From Eledone cirrhosa (taxonomy: Eukaryota): a stretch of DNA of 64,000 nt. Positions 1-15,000 of the stretch are shown piece by piece (position 1 is the stretch's first letter; each line of letters opens with the position of its first letter). The stretch covers positions 369,954,001 through 370,018,000 of the forward strand of contig OZ024742.1 of the NCBI GenBank assembly GCA_964016885.1. The letters run 5' to 3'. A program made the position numbers and the translations under genes. The notes under the pieces are model-generated. The model had not been told where the DNA came from. It searched no databases and was given only the letters and a program-made list of their open reading frames with translations.

Positions 1-3000
1 TCTTATTGTCTAGGTTGACATGGGTTAGACAGATCCAGTCTCACAATAGATAGGTCAAGACATCCACTGTACAACATCTTATTGTCTAGGTTGACATGGG
101 TTAGACAGATCCTGTCTCACAATAGACAGGTCAAGTCATCCACTGTACAACATCTTATTGTCTAGGTTGACATGGGTTAGACAGATCCATTCTCACAATA
201 GATAGGTCAAGACATCCACTGTACAACATCTCATTGTGTAGGTTGACATGGGTTAGACAGATCCAGTCTCACAATAGATAGGTCAAGACATCCACTGTAA
301 AACATCTTATTGTCTAGGTTGGCATGGGTTAGACAGATCCAGTCTCACAATAGATAGGTCAAGACATCCACTATACAACATCTTATTGTCTAGGTTGACA
401 TGGGTTAGACAGATCCTGTCTCACAATAGACAGGTCAAGACATCCACTGTACAACATCTTATTGTCTATGTTGACATGGGTTAGACAGATCCTGTCTCAC
501 AATAGACAGGTCAAGACATCCACTGTACAACATCTTATTGTCTATGTTGACATGTGTTAGACAGATCCTGTCTCACAATAGACAGGTCAAGACATCCACT
601 GTACAACATCTTATTGTCTAGGTTGACATGGGTTAGACAGATCCAGTCTCACAATAGATAGGTCAAGACATCCACTGTACAACATCTTATTGTCTAGGTT
701 GACATGGGTTAGACAGATCGAGTCTCACAATAGATATGTCAAGACATCCACTGTACAACATCTTATTGTCTAGGTTGGCATGGGTTAGACAGATCCAGTC
801 TCACAATAGATAGGTCAAGACATCCACTATACAACATCTTATTGTCTAGGTTGACATGGGTTAGACAGATCCTGTCTCACAATAGACAGGTCAAGACATC
901 CACTGTACAACATCTTATTGTCTATGTTGACATGGGTTAGACAGATCCTGTCTCACAATAGACATGTCAAGACATCCACTGTACAACATCTTATTGTCTA
1001 GGTTGACATGGGTTAGACAGATCCTGTCCCACAATAGACAGGTCAAGACATCCACTGTTCAACATCTTATTGTCTGGGTTGACATGGGTTAGACAGATCC
1101 TGTCTCACAATAGACAGGTCAAGACATCCACTGTACATCTTATTGTCTATGTTGACATGGGTTAGACAGATCCTGTCTCACAATAGACAGGTCAAGACAT
1201 CCACTGTACAACATCTTATTGTCTAGGTTGACATGGGTTAGACAGATCCTGTCTCACAATAGACAGGTCAAGTCATCCACTGTACAACATCTTATTGTCT
1301 AGGTTGACATGGGTTAGACAGATCCAGTCTCACAATAGATAGGTCAAGACATCCACTGTGCAACATCTTATAGTCTAGGTTGACATGGGTTAGACAGATC
1401 CAGGCTCACAATAGATAGGTCAAGACATCCACTGTACATCTTATTGTCTAGGTTGGCATGGGTTAGACAGATCCTGTCTCACAATAGACAGGTCAAGACA
1501 TCCACTGTACAACATCTTATTGTCTAGGTTGACATGGGTTAGACAGATCCTGTCTCAAAATAGACAGGTCAAGACATCCACTGTACAACATCTTATTGTC
1601 TAAGTTGGCATGGGTTAGACAGATCCTGTCTCACAATAGACAGGTCTAGACATTCACTGTACAACATCTTATTGTCTAGGTTGACATGGGTTAGACACAT
1701 CCTGTCTCACAATAGACAGGTCAAGACATCCACTGTACAACATCTTATTGTCTAGGTTGACATGGGTTAGACAGATCCAGTCTCACAATAGATAGGTCAA
1801 GACATCCACTGTACAACATTTTATTGTCTAGGTTGACATGGGTTAGACAGATCCAGTCTCACAATAGATAGGTCAAGACATCCACTGTACAACATCTTAT
1901 TGTCTATGTTGGCATGGGTTAGACAGATAGTCTCACAATAGATAGGTCAAGACATCCACTATACAACATCTTATTGTCTAGGTTGACATGGGTTAGACAG
2001 ATCCTGTCTCACAATAGACAGGTCAAGACATCCACTGTACAACATCTTATTGTCTAAGTTGGCATGGGTTAGACAGAATCTGACTCACAATAGATAGGTC
2101 AAGACATCTACTGTACAACATCTTATTGTCTAAGTTGACATTGGTTAGACAGACCTTGTCTCACAATAGACAGGTCAAGACATCCACTGTACAACATCTT
2201 ATTGTCTGGGTTGACATGGGTTAGACAGATCCTGTCTCACAATAGACAGGTCAAGACATCCACTGTACAACATCTTATTGTCTGGGTTGACATGGGTTAG
2301 ACAGATCCTGTCTCACAATAGACAGGTCAAGACATCCACTGTACAACATCTTATTGTCTAGGTTGACATGGGTTAGACAGATCCTGTCTCACAATAGACA
2401 GGTCAAGTCATCCACTGTACAACATCTTATTGTCTAGGTTGACATGGGTTAGACAGATCCTGTCTCACAATAGATAGCTCAAGACATCCACTGTACAACA
2501 TCTTATTGTCTATGTTGACATGGGTTAGACAGATCCTGTCTCACAATAGACAGGTCAAGACATCCACTGTACAACATCTTATTGTCTAGGTTGACATGGG
2601 TTAGACAGATCCAGTCTCACAATAGATAGGTCAAGACATCCACTGTACAACATCTTATTGTCTAGGTTGACATGGGTTAGACAGATCGAGTCTCACAATA
2701 GATAGGTCAAGACATCCACTGTACATCTTATTGTCTAGGGTGACAAGGGTTAGACAGATCCAGTCTCACAACAGATAGGTCAAGACATCCACTGTACATC
2801 TTATTGTCTAGGTTGACATGGTTTAGACAGATCCTGTCTCACAATAGACAGGTCAAGATATCCACTGTACATCTTATTGTCTATGTTGACATGGGTTAGA
2901 CCGATCCTGTCTCACAATAGATAGGTCAAGACATCCACTGTACAACATCTTATTATCTAGGTTGACATGGGTTAGACAGATCCTGTCTCACAATAGATAG

Positions 3001-6000
3001 GTCAAGACATCCACTGTACAACATCTTATTGTCTAGGTTGGCATGGGTTAGACAGATAGTCTCACAATAGATAGGTCAAGACATCCACTATACAACATCT
3101 TATTGTCTAGGTTGACATGGGTTAGACAGATCCTGTCTCACAATAGACAGGTCAAGACATCCACTGTACAACATCTTATTGTCTAAGTTGGCATGGGTTA
3201 GACAGAACCTGACTCACAATAGATAGGTCAAGACATCTACTGTACAACATCTTATTGTCTAAGTTGACATTGGTTAGACAGACCTTGTCTCACAATAGAC
3301 AGGTCAAGACATCCACTGTACAACATCTTATTGTCTGGGTTGACATGGGTTAGACAGATCCTGTCTCACAATAGACAGGTCAAGACATCCACTGTACAAC
3401 ATCTTATTGTCTGGGTTGACATGGGTTAGACAGATCCTGTCTCACAATAGACAGGTCAAGACATCCACTGTACAACATCTTATTGTCTAGGTTGACATGG
3501 GTTAGACAGATCCTGTCTCACAATAGACAGGTCAAGTCATCCACTGTACAACATCTTATTGTCTAGGTTGACATGGGTTAGACAGATCCTGTCTCACAAT
3601 AGATAGCTCAAGACATCCACTGTACAACATCTTATTGTCTATGTTGACATGGGTTAGACAGATCCTGTCTCACAATAGACAGGTCAAGACATCCACTGTA
3701 CAACATCTTATTGTCTAGGTTGACATGGGTTAGACAGATCCAGTCTCACAATAGATAGGTCAAGACATCCACTGTACAACATCTTATTGTCTAGGTTGAC
3801 ATGGGTTAGACAGATCGAGTCTCACAATAGATAGGTCAAGACATCCACTGTACATCTTATTGTCTAGGGTGACAAGGGTTAGACAGATCCAGTCTCACAA
3901 CAGATAGGTCAAGACATCCACTGTACATCTTATTGTCTAGGTTGACATGGTTTAGACAGATCCTGTCTCACAATAGACAGGTCAAGATATCCACTGTACA
4001 TCTTATTGTCTATGTTGACATGGGTTAGACCGATCCTGTCTCACAATAGATAGGTCAAGACATCCACTGTACAACATCTTATTATCTAGGTTGACATGGG
4101 TTAGACAGATCCTGTCTCACAATAGATAGGTCAAGACATCCACTGTACATCTTATTGTCTAGGTTGACATGGGTTAGACAGATCCTGTCTCACAATAGAC
4201 AGGTCAAGACATCCACTGTACAACATCTTATTGTCTAGGTTGACATGGGTTAGACAGATCCTGTCTCACAATAGATAGGTCAAGACATCCACTGTACAAC
4301 ATCTTATTGTCTAGGTTGACATGGGTTAGACAGATCCTGTCTCACAATAGATAGGTCAAGACATCCACTGTTCATCTTATTTTCTAGGTTGAAATGGGTT
4401 AGACAGATCCTGTCTCACAATAGATAGGTCAAGACATCCACTGTACAACATCTTATTGTCCAGGTTGACATGGGTTAGACAGATCCAGTCTCACAATAGA
4501 TAGGTCAAGACATCCACTGTACATCTTATAGTCTAGGTTGACATGGGTTAGACAGATCCTGTCTCAAAATAGACCGGTCAAGACATCCACTGTACATCTT
4601 ATTGTCTAGGTTGACATGGGTTAGACAGATCCTGTCTCACAATAGACAGGTCAAGACATCCACTGTACAACATCTTATTGTCTAGGTTGACATGGGTTAG
4701 ACAGATCCTGTCTCACAATAGACAGTTTAAGACATCCACTGTACAACATCTTATTGTCTAGGTTGACACGGGTTAGACAGATCCTGTCTCACAATAGATA
4801 GCTCAAGACATCCACTGTACAACATCTTATTGTCTAGGGTGACATGGGTTAGACAGATCCTGTCTCACAATAGATAGGTCAAGACATCCACTGTACATCC
4901 TATAGTCTAGGTTGACATGGGTTAGACAGATCCTGTCTCAAAATAGACAGGTCAAGACATCCACTGTACATCTTATTGTCTAGGTTGACATGGGTTAGAC
5001 AGATCCTGTCTCACAATAGACAGGTCAAGACATCCACTGTACAACATCTTATTGTCTAGGTTGACATGGGTTAGACAGATCCTGTCTCACAATAGACAGT
5101 TTAAGACATCCACTGTACAACATCTTATTGTCTAGGTTGACATGGGTTAGACAGATCCTGTCTCACTATAGATAGGTCAAGACATCCACTGTACAACATC
5201 TTATTGTCTAGGTTGACATGGGTTAGACAGATCCTGTCTCACAATAGATAGGTCAAGACATCCACTGTACAACATCTTATTGTCTAGGTTGACATGGGTT
5301 AGACAGATCCTGTCTCACAATAGACAGGTCAAGACATCCACTGTACATCTTATTGTCTAGGTTGACATGGGTTAGACAGATCCTGTCTCACAATAGACAG
5401 GTCAAGACATCCACTGTACAACATCTTATTGTCTAGGTTGACATGGGTTAGACAGATCCAGTCTCACAATAGATAGGTCAAGACATCCACTGTACATCTT
5501 ATTTTCTAGGTTGACATGGGTTAGATAGATCCTGTCTCACAATAGATAGGTCAAGACATCCACTGTACAACATCTTATTGTCTAGGTTGACATGGGTTAG
5601 ACAGATCCAGTCTCACAATAGATAGGTCAAGACATCCACTGTACATCTTATAGTGTAAGTTGACATGGGTTAGACAGATCCTGTCTCAAAATAGACAGGT
5701 CAAGACATCCACTGTACAACATCTTATTGTCTATGTTGACATGGGTTAGACAGATCCTGTCTCACAATAGACAGGTCAAGACATCCACTGTACAACATCT
5801 TATTGTCTAGGTTGACATGGGTTAGACAGATCCTGTCCCACAATAGACAGGTCAAGACATCCACTGTACAACATCTTATTGTCTGGGTTGACATGGGTTA
5901 GACAGATCCTGTCTCACAATAGACAGGTCAAGACATCCACTGTACATCTTATTGTCTATGTTGACATGGGTTAGACAGATCCTGTCTCACAATAGACATG

Positions 6001-9000
6001 TCAAGACATCCACTGTGCAACATCTTATAGTCTAGGTTGACATGGGTTAGACAGATCCAGGCTCACAATAGACAGGTCAAGACATCCACTGTACATCTTA
6101 TTGTCTAGGTTGGCATGGGTTAGACAGATCCTGTCTCACAATAGACAGGTCAAGACATCCAGTGTACAACATCTTATTGTCTAAGTTGGCATGGGTTAGA
6201 CAGATCCTGTCTCACAATAGACAGGTCAAGACATTTACTGTAAAACATCTTATTGTCTAGGTTGACATGGGTTAGACACATCCTGTCTCACAATAGACAG
6301 GTCAAGACATCCACTGTAAAACATCTTATTGTCTATGTTGACATGGGTTAGACAGATCCTGTCTCAAAATAGACAGGTCAAGACATCCAGTGTACAACAT
6401 CTTATTGTCTAAGTTGGCATGGGTTAGACAGATCCTGTCTCACAATAGACAGGTCAAGACATTTACTGTACAACATCTTATTGTCTAGGTTGACATGGGT
6501 TAGACACATCCTGTCTCACAATAGACAGGTCAAGACATCCACTGTACAACATCTTATTGTCTAGGTTGACATGGGTTAGACAGATCCAGTCTCACAATAG
6601 ATAGGTCAAGACATCCACTGTACAACATCTTATTGTCTAGGTTGACATGGGTTAGATAGATCCAGTCTCACAATAGATAGGTCAAGACATCCACTGTACA
6701 ACATCTTATTGTCTAGGTTGGCATGGGTTAGACAGATAGTCTCACAATAGATAGGTCAAGACATCCACTATACAACATCTTATTGTCTAGGTTGACATGG
6801 GTTAGACAGATCCTGTCTCACAATAGACAGGTCAAGACATCCACTGTACAACATCTTATTGTCTAAGTTGGCATGGGTTAGACAGAACCTGACTCACAAT
6901 AGATAGGTCAAGACATCTACTGTACAACATCTTATTGTCTAAGTTGACATTGGTTAGACAGACCTTGTCTCACAATAGACAGGTCAAGACATCCACTGTA
7001 CAACATCTTATTGTCTGGGTTGACATGGGTTAGACAGATCCTGTCTCACAATAGACAGGTCAAGACATCCACTGTACAACATCTTATTGTCTGGGTTGAC
7101 ATGGGTTAGACAGATCCTGTCTCACAATAGACAGGTCAAGACATCCACTGTACAACATCTTATTGTCTAGGTTGACATGGGTTAGACAGATCCAGTCTCA
7201 CAATAGATAGGTCAAGACATCCACTGTACAACATCTTATTGTCTAGGTTGACATGGGTTATACAGATCCTGTCTCACAATAGACAGGTCAAGTCATCCAC
7301 TGTACAACATCTTATTGTCTAGGTTGACATGGGTTAGACAGATCCAGTCTCACAATAGATAGGTCAAGACATCCACTGTACAACATCTTATTGTCTATGT
7401 TGACATGGGTTAGACAGATCCTGTCTCACAATAGACAGGTCAAGACATCCACTGTACAACATCTTATTGTCTAGGTTGACATGGGTTAGACAGATCCAGT
7501 CTCACAATAGATAGGTCAAGACATCCACTGTACAACATCTTATTGTCTATGTTGACATGGGTTAGACAGATCGAGTCTCACAATAGATAGGTCAAGACAT
7601 CCACTGTACATCTTATTGTCTAGGGTGACAAGGGTTAGACAGATCCAGTCTCACAACAGATAGGTCAAGACATCCACTGTACATCTTATTGTCTAGGTTG
7701 ACATGGTTTAGACAGATCCTGTCTCACAATAGACAGGTCAAGATATCCACTGTACATCTTATTGTCTATGTTGACATGGGTTAGACAGATCCTGTCTCAC
7801 AATAGATAGGTCAAGACATCCACTGTACAACATCTTATTATCTAGGTTGACATGGGTTAGACAGATCCTGTCTCACAATAGATAGGTCAAGACATCCACT
7901 GTACATCTTATTGTCTAGGTTGACATGGGTTAGACAGATCCTGTCTCACAATAGACAGGTCAAGACATCCACTGTACAACATCTTATTGTCTAGGTGGAC
8001 ATGGGTTAGACAGATCCTGTCTCACAATAGATAGGTCAAGACATCCACTGTACAACATCTTATTGTCTAGGTTGACATGGGTTAGACAGATCCTGTCTCA
8101 CAATAGATAGGTCAAGACATCCACTGTACATCTTATTTTCTAGGTTGACATGGGTTAGACAGATCCTGTCTCACAATAGATAGGTCAAGACATCCACTGT
8201 ACAACATCTTATTGTCTAGGTTGACATGGGTTAGACAGATCCAGTCTCACAATAGATAGGTCAAGACATCCACTGTACATCTTATAGTCTAGGTTGACAT
8301 GGGTTAGACAGATCCTGTCTCAAAATAGACAGGTCAAGACATCCACTGTACATCTTATTGTCTAGGTTGACATGGGTTAGACAGATCCTGTCTCACAATA
8401 GACAGGTCAAGACATCCACTGTACAACATCTTATTGTCTAGGTTGACATGGGTTAGACAGATCCTGTCTCACAATAGACAGTTTAAGACATCCACTGTAC
8501 AACATCTTATTGTCTAGGTTGACATGGGTTAGACAGATCCTGTCTCACAATAGATAGCTCAAGACATCCACTGTACAACATCTTATTGTCTAGGGTGACA
8601 TGGGTTAGACAGATCCTGTCTCACAATAGATAGGTCAAGACATCCACTGTACATCTTATAGTCTAGGTTGACATGGGTTAGACAGATCCTGTCTCAAAAT
8701 AGACAGGTCAAGACATCCACTGTACATCTTATTGTCTAGGTTGACATGGGTTAGACAGATCCTGTCTCACAATAGACAGGTCAAGACATCCACTGTACAA
8801 CATCTTATTGTCTAGGTTGACATGGGTTAGACAGATCCTGTCTCACAATAGACAGTTTAAGACATCCACTGTACAACATCTTATTGTCTAGGTTGACATG
8901 GGTTAGACAGATCCTGTCTCACAATAGATAGGTCAAGACATCCACTGTACAACATTTATTGTCTAGGTTGACATGGGTTAGACAGATCCTGTCTCACAAT

Positions 9001-12000
9001 AGATAGGTCAAGACATCCACTGTACAACATCTTATTGTCTAGGTTGACATGGGTTAGACAGATCCTGTCTCACAATAGACAGGTCAAGACATCCACTGTA
9101 CAACATCTTATTGTCTAGGTTGACATGGGTTAGACAGATCCTGTCTCACAATAGATAGGTCAAGACATCCACTGTACAACATCTTATTGTCTAGGTTGGC
9201 ATGGGTTAGACAGATAGTCTCACAATAGATAAGTCAAGACATCCACTATACAACATCTTATTGTCTAGGTTGACATGGGTTAGACAGATCCTGTCTCACA
9301 ATAGACAGGTCAAGACATCCACTGTACAACATCTTATTGTCTAGGTTGACATGGGTTAGACAGATCCTGTCTCACAATAGACAGGTCAAGACATCCACTG
9401 TACAACATCTTATTGTCTAAGTTGGCATGGGTTAGACAGATCCTGTCTCACAATAGACAGGTCAAGACATTCACTGTACAACATCTTATTGTCTAGGTTG
9501 ACATGGGTTAGACAGATCCTGTCTCACAATAGACAGGTCAAGACATCCACTGTACAACATCTTATTGTCTAAGTTGACATGGGTTAGACAGATCCAGTCT
9601 CACAATAGATAGGTCAAGACATCCACTGTACAACATCTTATTGTCTAGGTTGATATGGGTTAGACAGATCCTGTCTCACAATAGACAGGTCAAGTCATCC
9701 ACTGTACAACATCTTATTGTCTAGGTTGACATGGGTTAGACAGATCCAGTCTCACAATAGATAGGTCAAGACATCCACTGTACAATATCTTATTGTCTAT
9801 GTTGACATGGGTTAGACAGATCCTGTCTCATAATAGACAGGTCAAGACATCCACTGTACAACATCTTATTGTCTAGGGTGACATGGGTTAGACAGATCGA
9901 GTCTCACAATAGATAGGTCAAGACATCCACTGTACATCTTATTGTCTAGGGTGACAAGGGTTTGACAGATCCAGTCTCACAACAGATAGGTCAAGACATC
10001 CACTGTACATCTTATTGTCTAGGTTGACATGGTTTAGACAGATCCTGTCTCACAATAGACAGGTCAAGATATCCACTGTACATCTTATTGTCTATGTTGA
10101 CATGGGTTAGACAGATCCTGTCTCACAATAGATAGGTCAAGACATCCACTGTACAACATCTTATTATCTAGGTTGACATGGGTTAGACAGATCCTGTCTC
10201 ACAATAGATAGGTCAAGACATCAACTGTACATCTTATTGTCTAGGTTGACATGGGTTAGACAGATCCTGTCTCACAATAGACAGGTCAAGACATCCACTG
10301 TACAACATCTTATTGTCTAGGTTGACATGGGTTAGACAGATCCTGTCTCACAATAGATAGGTCAAGACATCCACTGTACATCTTGTTGTCTAGGTTGACA
10401 TGGGTTAGACAGATCCTGTCTCACAATAGACAGGTCAAGACATCCACTGTACAACATCTTGTCTAGGTTGACATGGGTTAGACAGATCGAGTCTCACAAT
10501 AGATAGGTCAAGACATCCACTGTACAACATCTTATTGTCTAGGTTGGCATGGGTTAGACAGATCCTGTCTCACAATAGACAGGTCAAACATCCACTGTAC
10601 AACATCTTATTGTCTAGGTTGACATGGGTTAGACAGATCCTGTCTCACAATAGACAGGTCAAGACATCCACTGTACAACATCTTATTGTCTAGGTTGACA
10701 TGGGTTAGACAGATCCAGTCTCACAATAGATAGGTCAAGACATCCACTGTACAACATCTAATTGTCTAGGTTGACATGGGTTAGACAGATCCTGTCTCAC
10801 AATAGACAGGTCAAGTTATCCACTGTACAACATCTTATTGTCTAGGTTGACATGGGTTAGACAGATCCTGTCTCACAATAGATAGGTCAAGACATCCACT
10901 CTACAACATCTTATTGTCTAGGTTGGCATGGGTTAGACAGATAGTCTCACAATAGATAGGTCAAGACATCCACTATACAACATCTTATTGTCTAGGTTGA
11001 CATGGGTTAGACTGATCCTGTCTCACAATAGACAGGTCAAGATATCCACTGTACAACATCTTATTGTCTAAGTTGGCATGGGTTAGACAGATCCTGTCTC
11101 ACAATAGACAGGTCAAGACATTCACTGTACAACAACTTATTGTCTAGGTTGACATGGGTTAGACAGATCCTGTCTCACAATAGACAGGTCAAGTTATCCA
11201 CTGTACAACATCTTATTGTCTAGGTTGACATGGGTTAGACAGATCCAGTCTCACAATAGATAGGTCAAGACATCCACTGTACAACATCTTATTGTCTAGG
11301 TTGACATGGGTTAGACAGATCCTGTCTCACAATAGATAGGTCAAGACATCCACTGTACAACATCTTATTGTCTAGGTTGGCATGGGTTAGACAGATAGTC
11401 TCACAATAGATAGGTCAAGACATCCACTATACAACATCTTATTGTCTAGGTTGACATGGGTTAGACAGATCCTGTCTCACAATAGACAGGTCAAGACATC
11501 CACTGTACAACATCTTATTGTCTAAGTTGGTATGGGTTAGACAGATCCTGACTCACAATAGATAGGTCAAGACATCCACTGTACAACATCTTATTGTCTA
11601 AGTTGACATTGGTTAGACAGACCTTGTCTCACAATAGACAGGTCAAGACATCCACTGTACAACATCTTATTGTCTGGGTTGACATGGGTTAGACAGATCC
11701 TGTCTCACAATAGACAGGTCAAGACATCCACTGTACAACATCTTATTGTCTAGGTTGACATGGGTTAGACAGATCCAGTCTCACAATAGATAGGTCAAGA
11801 CATCCACTGTACAACATCTTATTGTCTAGGTTGATATGGGTTAGACAGATCCTGTCTCACAATAGACAGGTCAAGTCATCCACTGTACAACATCTTATTG
11901 TCTAGGTTGACATGGGTAAGACAGATCCAGTCTCACAATAGATAGGTCAAGACATCCACTGTACAATATCTTATTGTCTATGTTGACATGGGTTAGACAG

Positions 12001-15000
12001 ATCCTGTCACACAATAGATAGGTCAAGACATCCACTGTACATCTTATTGTCTAGGGTGACAAGGGTTAGACAGATCCAGTCTCACAACAGATAGGTCAAG
12101 ACATCCACTGTACATCTTATTGTCTAGGTTGACATGGTTTAGACAGATCCTGTCTCACAATAGACAGGTCAAGATATCCACTGTACATTTTATTGTCTAT
12201 GTTGACATGGGTTAGACAGATCCTGTCTCACAATAGATAGGTCAAGACATCCACTGTACAACATCTTATTATCTAGGTTGACATGGGTTAGACAGATCCT
12301 GTCTCACAATAGATATGTCAAGACATCCACTGTACTTCTTATTGTCTAGGTTGACATGGGTTAGACAGATCCTGTCTCACAATAGACAGGTCAAGACATC
12401 CACTGTACAACATCTTATTGTCTAGGTTGACATGGGTTAGACAGATCCTGTCTCACAATAGATAGATCAAGACATCCACTGTACATCTTATTGTCTAGGT
12501 TGACATGGGTTAGACAGATCCTGTCTCACAATAGACAGGTCAAGACATCCACTGTACAACATCTTATTGTCTAAGTTGGCATGGGTTAGACAGATCCTGT
12601 CTCACAATAGACAGGTCAAGACATTCACTGTACAACATCTTATTGTCTAGGTTGACATGGGTTAGACAGATCCTGTCTCACAATAGACAGGTCAAGACAT
12701 CCACTGTACAACATCTTATTGTCTAAGTTGGCATGGGTTAGACAGATCCTGTCTCACAATAGACAGGTCAAGACATCCACTGTACAACATCTTATTGTCT
12801 AGGTTGGCATGGGTTAGACAGATCCTGTCTCACAATAGACAGGTCAAACATCCACTGTACAACATCTTATTGTCTAGGTTGACATGGGTTAGACAGATCC
12901 TGTCTCACAATAGACAGGTCAAGACATCCACTGTACAACATCTTATTGTCTAGGTTGACATGGGTTAGACAGATCCAGTCTCACAATAGATAGGTCAAGA
13001 CATCCACTGTACAACATCTAATTGTCTAGGTTGACATGGGTTAGACAGATCCTGTCTCACAATAGACAGGTCAAGTTATCCACTGTACAACATCTTATTG
13101 TCTAGGTTGACATGGGTTAGACAGATCCTGTCTCACAATAGATAGGTCAAGACATCCACTCTACAACATCTTATTGTCTAGGTTGGCATGGGTTAGACAG
13201 ATAGTCTCACAATAGATAGGTCAAGACATCCACTATACAACATCTTATTGTCTAGGTTGACATGGGTTAGACTGATCCTGTCTCACAATAGACAGGTCAA
13301 GATATCCACTGTACAACATCTTATTGTCTAAGTTGGCATGGGTTAGACAGATCCTGTCTCACAATAGACAGGTCAAGACATTCACTGTACAACAACTTAT
13401 TGTCTAGGTTGACATGGGTTAGACAGATCCTGTCTCACAATAGACAGGTCAAGTTATCCACTGTACAACATCTTATTGTCTAGGTTGACATGGGTTAGAC
13501 AGATCCAGTCTCACAATAGATAGGTCAAGACATCCACTGTACAACATCTTATTGTCTAGGTTGACATGGGTTAGACAGATCCTGTCTCACAATAGATAGG
13601 TCAAGACATCCACTGTACAACATCTTATTGTCTAGGTTGGCATGGGTTAGACAGATAGTCTCACAATAGATAGGTCAAGACATCCACTATACAACATCTT
13701 ATTGTCTAGGTTGACATGGGTTAGACAGATCCTGTCTCACAATAGACAGGTCAAGACATCCACTGTACAACATCTTATTGTCTAAGTTGGTATGGGTTAG
13801 ACAGATCCTGACTCACAATAGATAGGTCAAGACATCCACTGTACAACATCTTATTGTCTAAGTTGACATTGGTTAGACAGACCTTGTCTCACAATAGACA
13901 GGTCAAGACATCCACTGTACAACATCTTATTGTCTGGGTTGACATGGGTTAGACAGATCCTGTCTCACAATAGACAGGTCAAGACATCCACTGTACAACA
14001 TCTTATTGTCTAGGTTGACATGGGTTAGACAGATCCAGTCTCACAATAGATAGGTCAAGACATCCACTGTACAACATCTTATTGTCTAGGTTGATATGGG
14101 TTAGACAGATCCTGTCTCACAATAGACAGGTCAAGTCATCCACTGTACAACATCTTATTGTCTAGGTTGACATGGGTAAGACAGATCCAGTCTCACAATA
14201 GATAGGTCAAGACATCCACTGTACAATATCTTATTGTCTATGTTGACATGGGTTAGACAGATCCTGTCACACAATAGATAGGTCAAGACATCCACTGTAC
14301 ATCTTATTGTCTAGGGTGACAAGGGTTAGACAGATCCAGTCTCACAACAGATAGGTCAAGACATCCACTGTACATCTTATTGTCTAGGTTGACATGGTTT
14401 AGACAGATCCTGTCTCACAATAGACAGGTCAAGATATCCACTGTACATTTTATTGTCTATGTTGACATGGGTTAGACAGATCCTGTCTCACAATAGATAG
14501 GTCAAGACATCCACTGTACAACATCTTATTATCTAGGTTGACATGGGTTAGACAGATCCTGTCTCACAATAGATATGTCAAGACATCCACTGTACTTCTT
14601 ATTGTCTAGGTTGACATGGGTTAGACAGATCCTGTCTCACAATAGACAGGTCAAGACATCCACTGTACAACATCTTATTGTCTAGGTTGACATGGGTTAG
14701 ACAGATCCTGTCTCACAATAGATAGATCAAGACATCCACTGTACATCTTATTGTCTAGGTTGACATGGGTTAGACAGATCCTGTCTCACAATAGACAGGT
14801 CAAGACATCCACTGTACAACATCTTATTGTCTAAGTTGGCATGGGTTAGACAGATCCTGTCTCACAATAGACAGGTCAAGACATTCACTGTACAACATCT
14901 TATTGTCTAGGTTGACATGGGTTAGACAGATCCTGTCTCACAATAGACAGGTCAAGACATCCACTGTACAACATCTTATTGTCTAAGTTGGCATGGGTTA

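Noticed and set aside
22-28. Telomere-like GGGTTAG in each monomer
   Set aside because: It is a single 7-mer that is never tandem, and it is explained by the SINE tail sequence CATGGGTTAGAC.
52-57. AGGTCA nuclear-receptor half-site and GTCT/AGAC Smad-like motifs in every monomer
   Set aside because: Motifs of 4-6 bp are expected by chance, and their multiplicity only reflects tandem amplification. There is no evidence of binding.
1-152. Hammerhead ribozyme in the satellite, as known from newt, schistosome and cricket satellites
   Set aside because: Neither strand of the consensus has the CUGANGA and GAAA core motifs.
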